From: Pseudothermotoga sp.
GTDB taxonomy: Bacteria > Thermotogota > Thermotogae > Thermotogales > DSM-5069
NCBI GenBank assembly: GCA_041640575.1
Contig: JBEPZZ010000017.1
Span: 1 to 17,069, forward strand
Direction: 5' to 3'
Length of the DNA: 17,069 nucleotides
In this document: positions 8,155-16,134 of the stretch, one piece after another
How the letters are laid out: every line of letters begins with the position of its first letter
How positions within the stretch are numbered: position 1 is the first letter of the stretch
Notes under the pieces: generated by a model
Database searches by the model: none
What the model was told of the DNA's origin: nothing
Seen by the model: the letters and a program-made list of their open reading frames with translations, nothing else
Position numbers and translations under genes: made by a program

Positions 8155-9113
8155 TTAGTACACCTACCTTCTCTGTCAAGCGCATAAATTTGTACGCTGT
8201 AACCAACCCTCCTGATTAGCAATGTGCCACACTTTGGACAGACGGTATTTTCGTAATTTTCGTTCCATACGTTACCAATATAGACAAAATCAAGGTATTT
8301 TTTTGCGAGTTCATAAAATCTTACCAGATCTTCAGTGGGTGTTGGTGGAATGCTGTACTTGTAATTTGGAAAATATCTAGTTAAATGAAGGGGAATAGAT
8401 CTGCTTAAACTCGCCAACCACTTAAATTCTTTCTCCAGCAAATCTTGATCATCGTTGAGACGAGGAACTATCAGAGTAGTGATTTCAACGTGCACACCGC
8501 TATTTAAAGCTATTTCTATTGTTCTCTTGACAGTCTTGAGGTCCCCAGCCAGCTTCTTGTAGACATCCTCATCAAATGCTTTTAAATCTATGTTCATGGC
8601 ATGGACGGATTGGAGAAGCAGGTGTAAAGGCTCTTCACTTATCATTCCATTGGTCACAAGTACATTATATATTCCTTCTTTAGCAGCGATTCTTGATGCA
8701 TCCAAGACAAACTCAAACCATACAAAAGGTTCATTGTAAGTGTAGGCTATGCCTTTCGATTTTCTAGAGAGTGCAATTGAAACAAGTTGTTCGGGGCTTA
8801 TTCTTCGAGCTGGCGCAACTTCTTGAGATATTTCCCAGTTCTGGCAAAACGGGCATTTCATGTTACAACCAAATGTTCCTACAGAGAGAATCTGGTCTCC
8901 AGGATTCAAGTGAAAGAGAGGTTTCTTTTCAATTGGATCCATTGCCATTGACGTTACCAATCCATAGTTCAGAGCCTTTAGAACGCCGTCTTCATTTTTA
9001 CGAGTCAGGCATAAACCTATCTGACCATCATCCAGAACACAATGATGGAAGCACAGTTCACACCTTACTTTCCTATCCGCAAAGGTCGAAAAGTAAAGCG
9101 CAATCTTATCCAC
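8124..9113 (-). CDS. amrS: AmmeMemoRadiSam system radical SAM enzyme
   Basis: N-terminal CELCFHHC...C, DPIEKKPLFH signature, CNMKCPFCQNWEIS (CxxxCxxC), YTYNEP, C-terminal CPKCG...CTKCG; adjacent to an AMMECR1 gene. Confidence 0.94.
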   Translation of the reverse strand: MDKIALYFSTFADRKVRCELCFHHCVLDDGQIGLCLTRKNEDGVLKALNYGLVTSMAMDPIEKKPLFHLNPGDQILSVGTFGCNMKCPFCQNWEISQEVAPARRISPEQLVSIALSRKSKGIAYTYNEPFVWFEFVLDASRIAAKEGIYNVLVTNGMISEEPLHLLLQSVHAMNIDLKAFDEDVYKKLAGDLKTVKRTIEIALNSGVHVEITTLIVPRLNDDQDLLEKEFKWLASLSRSIPLHLTRYFPNYKYSIPPTPTEDLVRFYELAKKYLDFVYIGNVWNENYENTVCPKCGTLLIRRVGYSVQIYALDREGRCTKCGEKVVRII

Positions 9114-9124
9114 AAAATCACCTC

Positions 9125-9655
9125 TTAGTGGTAACGGTTCACAGTAAACGTGTGTATCTCAAATTTTTCAAAAGGCGTAATACTGGCTTTTCTCAAAACA
9201 ATTTTAAGTTGTTGTTCAACAGTTTCAATACCCGGAAGGTCTGGCAGCAATAGTGCTTTCTTGAAGCCACTCACAACGATAACTCCATACTTCTTTGGAT
9301 CCAGTTTCATGTATTCCTCCATTGTCGTTGGTTGAGGTTCGCTTAGTATGTCGACAGTAACTTCTATTTGGTCAAGTTCGTCTTGCCTTACTGGCTCGAA
9401 ACGAGGATCCTCCGTCGCTGCTGCTATTGCATTGTACTCGATCTCCTCGGCCAAATTAATTCTAGTGGGACGATACGTACCTATACAACCCCTTAGTGAA
9501 CCATCAATTGTGTGTAAGCTAACAAACGCGCCCGCTCGTTTTTCAAGCAAATCGATTGGTGCACCATCATTCAGTGGATCAAGAAAACGATTGTACTTCA
9601 CATAGGCCTCAATACATTTGATTGCCCATCTTACGTATTCGTGTTCGCCTTTCAT
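9125..9655 (-). CDS. amrA: AmmeMemoRadiSam system protein A (AMMECR1 domain)
   Basis: GAFVSL, LRGCIG, AATEDPRF, LLLPDL motifs. Confidence 0.94.
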   Translation of the reverse strand: MKGEHEYVRWAIKCIEAYVKYNRFLDPLNDGAPIDLLEKRAGAFVSLHTIDGSLRGCIGTYRPTRINLAEEIEYNAIAAATEDPRFEPVRQDELDQIEVTVDILSEPQPTTMEEYMKLDPKKYGVIVVSGFKKALLLPDLPGIETVEQQLKIVLRKASITPFEKFEIHTFTVNRYH

Positions 9656-9679
9656 AAGATCACCCCCTTAATGGTTCCA

Positions 9680-10420
9680 TTAAACTGAATTAAGGCAACT
9701 ATTAGCATGAAACAAACGTTTCGATACTTCGTCAAACGTTTCTAACTGAAAACTGTCATCAAAAATCAAACAACAGTTCCCCGAAATCTCTGATAAGCAG
9801 TGGCACAGCATCTCAGCAACATGTCTTGAAAATTCAATATCTTCTTGAAGTGGTGTCATGAACCAGGGTGGTGTGGTTAAAATAAGTGTCTTTTCAGAAA
9901 AAACAGTACCAGGGTTAGGCCCAAAAGAAATCTCAGTTTCTTGACTTTCAAAAAGTTTTTTAGAAGCAAACATTTGCATAACGAATTGTGATGAAGCAAC
10001 GAAAAGTGAGAGATCTCCCTTAAATCGAACTATAACTCGACAATTCTGTTCCCTTGAGAAAGATTTCAAAAATAGCAACAAGTCAAAAAGATTAGTCTCA
10101 AGTGTTGCTTGCCCAATTCGATTTGTTCCCAATGGAAGTGACGCATCAGGAATGAATAAAACATCAACTCCTACACCCATTGATATGAATTTTGATGCAA
10201 TCCGAAAAACGTTGATACCTCCGATCATCACAATTTTATTCAGACTGAACTTTGAAACAAACTCGACCAAACTACTCGAACAGTTGCTATTTGAATTGTC
10301 AAATGACCCTTTACACCTCATGAACACAACTTCTATATTTTCCTTCAAGATCTCAATGATTTCATTCACAAAGGTGTCAACACAGAAGTTATTTTCCAAC
10401 ACTATTATTCCTACACGCAA
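9680..10420 (-). CDS. Hypothetical protein; divergent PfkA-fold homolog lacking catalytic motifs
   Basis: Intact 246-codon ORF, TTG start with GAGGGA RBS. KIVMIGG...LFIP...IGQAT...VIVRFKG and the C-terminal TP...D helix align by eye to 6-phosphofructokinase. Confidence 0.6.
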   Translation of the reverse strand: [246 protein letters not shown]

Positions 10421-10439
10421 CTAGAATCCCTCTATGTTA

Positions 10440-10445
10440 ATTATA
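10440..10445 (-). promoter_or_regulatory. Candidate -10 element for the PfkA-like/amrA/amrS/apbE/maf operon
   Basis: Perfect TATAAT about 20 bp upstream of the TTG start and just downstream of the fab terminator; no canonical -35 at 17 bp. Confidence 0.35.
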
Positions 10446-10460
10446 CTCTTGCGTAAAATC

Positions 10461-10495
10461 AAAAAATTTGGGTTGCTAGTGGCAACCCAAATTTT
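10461..10495 (-). terminator. Rho-independent terminator of the fab operon
   Basis: Perfect 14-bp inverted repeat AAAATTTGGGTTGC (10463-10476) / GCAACCCAAATTTT (10482-10495) with a 5-nt loop, ending in a T6 run on the minus strand just after the fabD stop. Confidence 0.88.
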
Positions 10496-10522
10496 AGTTC
10501 AGTAAAATTTTGGTTTAAGGAA

Positions 10523-11431
10523 TCACATGTTAACAGCTGTGAGTTGTTTTTCTTGTTGTAAGATATCTTTGAAATGAACACAATCTCCTAACTTGGATTT
10601 CGACAGCATATTGGTTAAAACCTTTTGTGGTCCAACTTCTACAAAAGTTCCCACTCCTAGATTTGCGAGACAAACCATCGAATCATACCATAGTACTGGT
10701 CCACTTATCTGAGCTAGAACATTTCTCTTTATCTCATCAGGATCCTCAACAGGACGAGCGCAACTGTTCATTACTACAGGCCAACGAGGTTTTCTAAATT
10801 TGACACCTTTCAGATCCTGTGCCAACTTTTCCCTCGCCTTCTCAAGCAAGGGAGTGTGGAATGGTCCACTAACTTTCAGCTCGACAACCCTCTTTGCCCG
10901 CTTTCTTAAGACTTCACAAGCTTCGACAATCTTCTCCCTTAGTCCACTGATTACAACCTGATCACTTGTATTGTGGTTGGCTATCCACACACCGTCAATA
11001 TCTTTGATTAACTCATTTACATCTTGAACGGTCAATCCAATAACAGCAGCCATAGTTCCTTGTCCCGGAACTATTGCCTCAGAGATGTACTCACCTCTTT
11101 TTCTGACTATGTATATTCCTGTCTCAAAGTCGTAAACATCAGCGGCAGCTAAGGCTGTGTACTCTCCTAAACTATGACCCGCGACATAAGTTGGAATATA
11201 ACCATTCTTGATTAGTTCATCGAATGCTATGTAGCTGGCGAGGTATATTGCTGGCTGTGCATTTTCTGTGAGCTTAAGAGTTTCTTCGTCCGAGTTCATT
11301 AACTGGTACATATCTATTCCTAGGACTTCTCTTGCCCTCTCAAAAAAGTGAAAAGCTCTTGGAAAAACAGCAAAATCTTTGCCCATCCCAGAATATTGTG
11401 AACCTTGTCCAGGAAAAATAAAAGCCTTCAT
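10523..11431 (-). CDS. fabD: Malonyl-CoA-ACP transacylase
   Basis: FPGQGSQ, AQPAI, catalytic GHSLGEY, VSGPFHT, EVGP. Start taken as ATG at 11431 (TGATG overlap with the fabK stop) rather than TTG at 11434. Confidence 0.97.
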   Translation of the reverse strand: MKAFIFPGQGSQYSGMGKDFAVFPRAFHFFERAREVLGIDMYQLMNSDEETLKLTENAQPAIYLASYIAFDELIKNGYIPTYVAGHSLGEYTALAAADVYDFETGIYIVRKRGEYISEAIVPGQGTMAAVIGLTVQDVNELIKDIDGVWIANHNTSDQVVISGLREKIVEACEVLRKRAKRVVELKVSGPFHTPLLEKAREKLAQDLKGVKFRKPRWPVVMNSCARPVEDPDEIKRNVLAQISGPVLWYDSMVCLANLGVGTFVEVGPQKVLTNMLSKSKLGDCVHFKDILQQEKQLTAVNM

Positions 11432-12366
11432 CAATTCACCTCCCTACAAAGACTTGAAATAACAAATCTGAACTCTTCAACAACTTTTCTAATAACTTCC
11501 TTGACAGGTATTACTTCATCAATCAATCCAGCAGCTTGTCCAGCCATGAATGAACCTCTTTCTACATCACCATCGATTACCGCTCTTCGCAAGCTCCCAA
11601 TCAAAATTTGCTCGGCTTCTTCCGGGCTATTCAGTTCGAGCTCGCAAATTGTCCTGGCGAAAGGTGTTCTTAAGACTCTTGCTGGATGTCCTAATTTTGA
11701 TCCAGTTACTAAGGTATCTCGTATTGACGCAGATAAAATCCGCTTTTTGTAAATCTCATGAACCTCAGCTTCAACGGTTGCGAGAAACCTAGTTCCCATT
11801 TGAACGCCTTCTGCACCGAGTGCGAAAACAGCTGCCATTGCTCTACCATCGGCAATTCCACCAGCAGCAATAACTGGAATACTAACAGAACGACAAACTT
11901 TATTGACAAGTACAAGAGTTGTTACTTCACCTATGTGTCCACCCGACTCCATTCCCTCGGCTACAATAGCGTCCGCTCCTGACCTTTCAACCATTTTTGC
12001 AAGTGAATCTGAAGAAACCACAGGTATCACCTTAATTCCATTTTCTTTAAGCGCTGGGATATATTTACTCGGGTTTCCTGCTCCAAAGGTAACAACAGGT
12101 ACTTTTTCTTTGATAACGGTTTTTATCAGATCTTCTGCGTGTGGAGAGATCAAGATTACGTTGACCCCGAAAGGCTTATTTGTGAGGCTTCTTATGTGAT
12201 CTATTGCTTGTTTAAGCTGATCTTTATTCATCGATCCAGAACCAATTATCCCCAGTCCTCCCGCTTCTGATACAGCAGCAGCTAATCTCGGTGTTCCGGC
12301 CCATGCCATGCCCCCCATTAATATGGGGTATTCAATGTTAAGCAACTCAGTTACTCTTGTTTTCAT
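11431..12366 (-). CDS. fabK: Enoyl-ACP reductase II (FMN-dependent)
   Basis: YPILMGGMAW, AGGLGIIG, PFGVN, EGMESGGHIG, IAAGGIADGR, GVQMGTRF, MAGQ; fab cluster context. Confidence 0.93.
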   Translation of the reverse strand: MKTRVTELLNIEYPILMGGMAWAGTPRLAAAVSEAGGLGIIGSGSMNKDQLKQAIDHIRSLTNKPFGVNVILISPHAEDLIKTVIKEKVPVVTFGAGNPSKYIPALKENGIKVIPVVSSDSLAKMVERSGADAIVAEGMESGGHIGEVTTLVLVNKVCRSVSIPVIAAGGIADGRAMAAVFALGAEGVQMGTRFLATVEAEVHEIYKKRILSASIRDTLVTGSKLGHPARVLRTPFARTICELELNSPEEAEQILIGSLRRAVIDGDVERGSFMAGQAAGLIDEVIPVKEVIRKVVEEFRFVISSLCREVN

Positions 12367-12779
12367 TGCTTTTTCACTCCTAACATTAAAGTTGCCGTGG
12401 CCACGATCTTTCCATTCACAGTTGCTTCCCCATCAACGATGTGAACTCCAAGTTTTGTTTCTTTCAACCTTACCTCGTATCGAATCACATCTCCAGGTCT
12501 CACTTCCGATTTGAATCTTGCCTTTTCAATGCCTAGGAACAAAGGAACGACTTTCATACCAGCTTCTAGCAACATCAATCCAGCGGCTTGAGCCAGACCT
12601 TCAATGATTAGAACACCAGGGTAAATGGGATATTCTGGAAAATGACCAAGAAAAAATAGCTCGTTGGCGGATACATTCTTTATGGCAACTATGCTATTCT
12701 GAGTTTTTTCGATCACACGATCCACTAACAGAAGTGGAAACCTATGTGGAAGTATAGACATGATCTCATTTACGTTCAA
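12363..12779 (-). CDS. fabZ: 3-hydroxyacyl-ACP dehydratase
   Basis: LPHRFPLLLVDRV, KNVS.NE.FF.GHFP, PGVLIIEGLAQ, VRPGD. Confidence 0.97.
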   Translation of the reverse strand: MNVNEIMSILPHRFPLLLVDRVIEKTQNSIVAIKNVSANELFFLGHFPEYPIYPGVLIIEGLAQAAGLMLLEAGMKVVPLFLGIEKARFKSEVRPGDVIRYEVRLKETKLGVHIVDGEATVNGKIVATATLMLGVKKQ

Positions 12780-14002
12780 CCTCGATACCTCCCAATCACC
12801 AAGGATACGTTGTGCCCACCAAAACCAAAAGAATTCTTCACGAAATTCTCAATTTCACATGTAACATTTTCTTTTCCAACAACATTTACTCTAACTTCTG
12901 GGTCTTTGTTATCAAGATTCGGCATCCCATGGACAAAGCCATTTTGCATTTCAAGTACACCAACAATTGTCTCAGCAACCGCCGCTGCTCCTAGTAGGTG
13001 CCCCATCAAAGTTTTTGAACTATTTATGAGAACTTTGTCACCAAAAACCCTTTCTATGGCTTTTGCCTCAGCAACATCTCCTGCCGGTGTGCTTGTTGCG
13101 TGGCAACTCACATACTGAATATCCTCTGGAGACAGTTGCGCATTCTTCAGTGCCAATCTTATTGCTTTTTCAGCGCCTTCACCATTTGGATCCGGAGCAC
13201 TCATATGGTAAGCATCACTATTCATGCCGAAACCCTTGACTTCAGCAATTATGTTTGCTCCTCTGCTCTTTGCTACTTCTTCTGCTTCTAGAATTAGAAT
13301 CCCAGCTCCTTCACCCATGACAAATCCATCCCTATCAATATCAAAGGGCCTAGAAGCCTTCGTAGGTTCATCGTTTCTCGTGGAAAGTGCTTTCATACTC
13401 GCAAACCCAGCTATCGGCAATGGCGCTATTGTTGCCTCAGAACCTCCTGCTATTGCAACATCCGCATAGCCATGTTTAATCAGAAGAGCCCCAAGTGCTA
13501 TTGCATGACCAGATGCTGCACAAGCACTTACAGGAGCAAAATTGATTCCTTTGACTCCGTTTTCAATTGATATGATGCCAGAAGCCATGTTAATCAAAAG
13601 CATAGGGATAAGAAATGGGCTAACTTTTGAGGAGCCAAACTGAATAAATTTGTTATTCTCGGTGTCCAGTGTTATGAAACCACCCATACCTGATGCAACT
13701 AGAACAGCTGTTCTTTCGGAGTACTCATTAAGGTTTATTCGAGACTCCTCTAGGGCTTCCTTTGCCGCGATCAGTGCTAAGTGCACGAAGCGATCAGTTC
13801 TTCGAACAAGCTTTTTGTCAATAAAATCTTCTGGGTTTAAGTTTTTGATTTCCGCCGCAATTCGAACTGGAAGGTTTGAGGCATCAAAAGAAGTGATGGG
13901 ACCAATTTCAATTCTGAGCTTTCTAATTGCTTCCAGCACTGCCAACTTTCCTACACCTATAGGGCAGGCTATTCCCATACCAGTTATGACAACTTTTCTC
14001 AT
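12776..14002 (-). CDS. fabF: 3-oxoacyl-ACP synthase II
   Basis: VVITGMG, Cys-His-His triad (SACAAS, CHATST, MGHLLGA), SRPFD..RDGFVMGEGAG, NSFGFGGHN; AGGAGG RBS. Confidence 0.96.
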   Translation of the reverse strand: MRKVVITGMGIACPIGVGKLAVLEAIRKLRIEIGPITSFDASNLPVRIAAEIKNLNPEDFIDKKLVRRTDRFVHLALIAAKEALEESRINLNEYSERTAVLVASGMGGFITLDTENNKFIQFGSSKVSPFLIPMLLINMASGIISIENGVKGINFAPVSACAASGHAIALGALLIKHGYADVAIAGGSEATIAPLPIAGFASMKALSTRNDEPTKASRPFDIDRDGFVMGEGAGILILEAEEVAKSRGANIIAEVKGFGMNSDAYHMSAPDPNGEGAEKAIRLALKNAQLSPEDIQYVSCHATSTPAGDVAEAKAIERVFGDKVLINSSKTLMGHLLGAAAVAETIVGVLEMQNGFVHGMPNLDNKDPEVRVNVVGKENVTCEIENFVKNSFGFGGHNVSLVIGRYRG

Positions 14003-14023
14003 GAATCAACCTCCTGTTGCCTC

Positions 14024-14052
14024 ATTATATGAACTGGTAGGAGAAAGAGCAA
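14024..14052 (-). promoter_or_regulatory. Sigma70-type promoter of the fabF-fabZ-fabK-fabD operon
   Basis: TTGCTC (14052-14047), 17-bp spacer, TATAAT (14029-14024); a start near 14017 would lie just before the AGGAGG RBS. Confidence 0.65.
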
Positions 14053-14298
14053 ATACACATTTTAATATGTAAGAAACTTAAGTAAGTTTTTTTAATCCAA
14101 GATGATGAAAAAGGCAATAAAAGTTACTAAACGTGGTTTAGCAGGAAAGTATTATAATCGGTTAAAAATACAAGAGTAGCATCTTTAAATGGAACAATTG
14201 AATTACGCGGAAACTTCGTATAGAGCTGCAAAACACTTTCATTTCCTGTTATTCAAAGATTTACCATGAACTCGCGTAAATGAAAAGCAAAATTTCTG

Positions 14299-14775
14299 TC
14301 ACAATTCGTACACGTCGATTTCTTTTTTTGCTGGATCTAAAAAAACTACAGTTGCCTTATCGCTCAAATATCCGCTGGCGTCACCTGGGTTTATCAACAA
14401 AGTTTTCGTGGACCTTCGAACATCCATTTTGTGGGTATGACCATAAAAAATGAAGTCGTAAGCATTGGCTTCAAGCAAAGCATCAAGTGCTACTGGTTCG
14501 TGCATTAGCAAAATTTTATACCCATCAATAATTATTTCTGCTGGTCCCTTTCTGATTCTTCCAGACGACCTTTGTGTCAACAGCAATATCTCACCATCGT
14601 TGTTCCCAAAAACTCCATGAAAGTCAACATCACTTATCATGAGATCTTTCAGGGCAAAAGGTGAAACAATATCACCACAATGAAAAATGTGAGTCGCACC
14701 ACGCTTTTTAGCCTCAGAAACTATCTTTCTGATGTTTGGTAGATTGTCATGAGTATCTGATACTATAACCCACAT
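14299..14775 (-). CDS. Metallophosphoesterase, YfcE/MJ0936 family
   Basis: SDTH, HCGD, GNND, MH, YGHTH and INPG calcineurin-like motifs. Confidence 0.92.
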   Translation of the reverse strand: MWVIVSDTHDNLPNIRKIVSEAKKRGATHIFHCGDIVSPFALKDLMISDVDFHGVFGNNDGEILLLTQRSSGRIRKGPAEIIIDGYKILLMHEPVALDALLEANAYDFIFYGHTHKMDVRRSTKTLLINPGDASGYLSDKATVVFLDPAKKEIDVYEL

Positions 14776-14792
14776 GAAATCACCCTCTCTAA

Positions 14793-14821
14793 AGAATACA
14801 GTTATTTTGATGGAATCTCAA
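14793..14821 (-). promoter_or_regulatory. Candidate sigma70 promoter for the phosphoesterase gene
   Basis: TTGAGA (14821-14816), 17-bp spacer, TATTCT (14798-14793). Confidence 0.45.
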
Positions 14822-14933
14822 GGCATGTTGCGCAAAGATGGGATTGTGAAATCAGCAGCTGCATGCTCATATTGATCTTATCACAAGAATGATAAACTTT
14901 TGTTGTAGTAAGTCAGGAAAGGAGGGTTAACGA

Positions 14934-16091
14934 ATGGGTATTTTATTAAAAGGAGCAACAATATTTCCTGTGACCTCAAAACCATTTGAAGGAGACGTTC
15001 TCATTGAAGCCGGTAAGATTTCCAAAATTGGCAAGAACCTAAAGAAAACGAAAGGAACCGAGATTTTGGATTTGTCTGGAAAATTTCTCTTTCCAGGTTT
15101 TATCGATGCTCACAGTCACATTGGGCTTTACCCCGACGGTTTAGGCTCTACTGAAAGCGAAGGCAATGAGACAACAGATCCCATAACAGCTCATCTTCAG
15201 GCGTTTGATGCTTTCTATCCTGAAGACAAAGCAATCGAAAAAGCTCTCGCTGGTGGGGTTACTACAGCATACGTTGTTATGGGAAGTGCAAATCCCGTTG
15301 GAGGGCAAGGATTCGTAGCAAAATTTCGAGGGAAAACGAGTGCCGACATGTGTCTTGTGAATCCTTTGGGGGTCAAGATGGCCCTAGGTGAAAATCCAAA
15401 AAGAGTCTACTCTGAGAAAAAAGTAACCCCAACAACGAGAATGGGAACCGCAGCTGTGATAAGGACATTCTTACTCAAGTCAAAAGACTACGCCAAAAAG
15501 AAAGAGTCAACGTTGTGAGATGGGAAGGATTTCACGGATACTGATCCAAAATACGAAATTGGTGACAGACTGCTCAAAAGAGAATTAACAGCACGAATAC
15601 ATGCGCATAGGGCTGACGACATCTTAACCGCCATACGAATATCTGAAGAATTCAACCTTAAGATAGTGATTGAACACGGTACAGAAGCTTATAAGATAGC
15701 AGATCTAATAGCTGCCAAAGGAATTCCTGTAGTGGCGGGACCTCTTTTAACTTTTGCGTCAAAACTTGAACTAAGAGATATGACTATGCATTCCTTGAAA
15801 ATTCTCGTGGAAAAGGGCGTGTTAACAGCTTTAATGTGTGACCATCCTGTTATTCCTTTGGAGTTTGCATCTGTTCAAGCCGCTGCGGCCATGCGTTACG
15901 GGTTGAACGAAGAAGAATTGATAAAAATGTTGACAATAAATCCCGCCAAAATTCTCGGGCTTGAGGAAAGATTGGGCTCTATCGAAGTCAATAAGGACGC
16001 AGATTTAGTGGTTTGGTCCGGCCATCCGTTCGATATGAAATCAGTGGTTGAAAAGGTATTCATAGATGGAAAACTCGTCTATTCCAGATGA
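14934..16091 (+). pseudogene. Amidohydrolase family gene (imidazolonepropionase-like) interrupted by one in-frame TGA at 15516-15518
   Basis: ORFs 14934..15518 and 15666..16091 share a frame. The bridge after the TGA reads DGKDFTDTDPKYEIGDRLLKRELTARIHAHRADDILTAIRISEEFNLKIV with no stop. PGFIDAHSH, GVKMALGENP, HAHR, IEHG, CDHP, TINPAKILG and DADLVVW are all present; GGAGG RBS. Confidence 0.9.
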
Positions 16092-16099
16092 TTCACCAG

Positions 16100-16134
16100 A
16101 AAAAAGAGGGGCAAGCTTTTCAAGCTTGCCCTCT
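16100..16134 (-). terminator. Rho-independent terminator between convergent genes (T-tract on the minus strand)
   Basis: GGGCAAGCTT (16109-16118) / AAGCTTGCCC (16122-16131) stem followed on the minus strand by CTCTTTTTT, immediately after the oxidoreductase stop. Confidence 0.8.

Noticed and set aside
8124..9113. Pyruvate formate-lyase activating enzyme annotation
   Set aside because: The DPIEKKPL signature, extra Cys clusters and adjacent AMMECR1 gene point to AmrS; no glycyl radical enzyme is nearby.
14010..14043. Anti-Shine-Dalgarno hairpin (CTCCT pairing with AGGAG) upstream of fabF, as an RNA thermometer
   Set aside because: The CTCCT arm lies in the -35/-10 spacer of the predicted promoter and would not be in that transcript.
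677..14072. Numerous plus-strand ORFs of 60-160 aa (e.g. 677..1081, 1578..1964, 8771..9253, 13650..14072) and short off-frame minus ORFs
   Set aside because: They are shadows of well-supported minus-strand genes and carry no recognisable motifs.
15516..15550. Selenocysteine recoding of the amidohydrolase TGA (small GGAT-ACTG-ATCC hairpin 17 nt downstream)
   Set aside because: Only a 4-bp stem, no G at the start of the loop, and the position is not a Cys or redox site.
15666..16091. Independent 141-aa gene
   Set aside because: It is the in-frame C-terminal part of the amidohydrolase; its GTG start is an internal Val.
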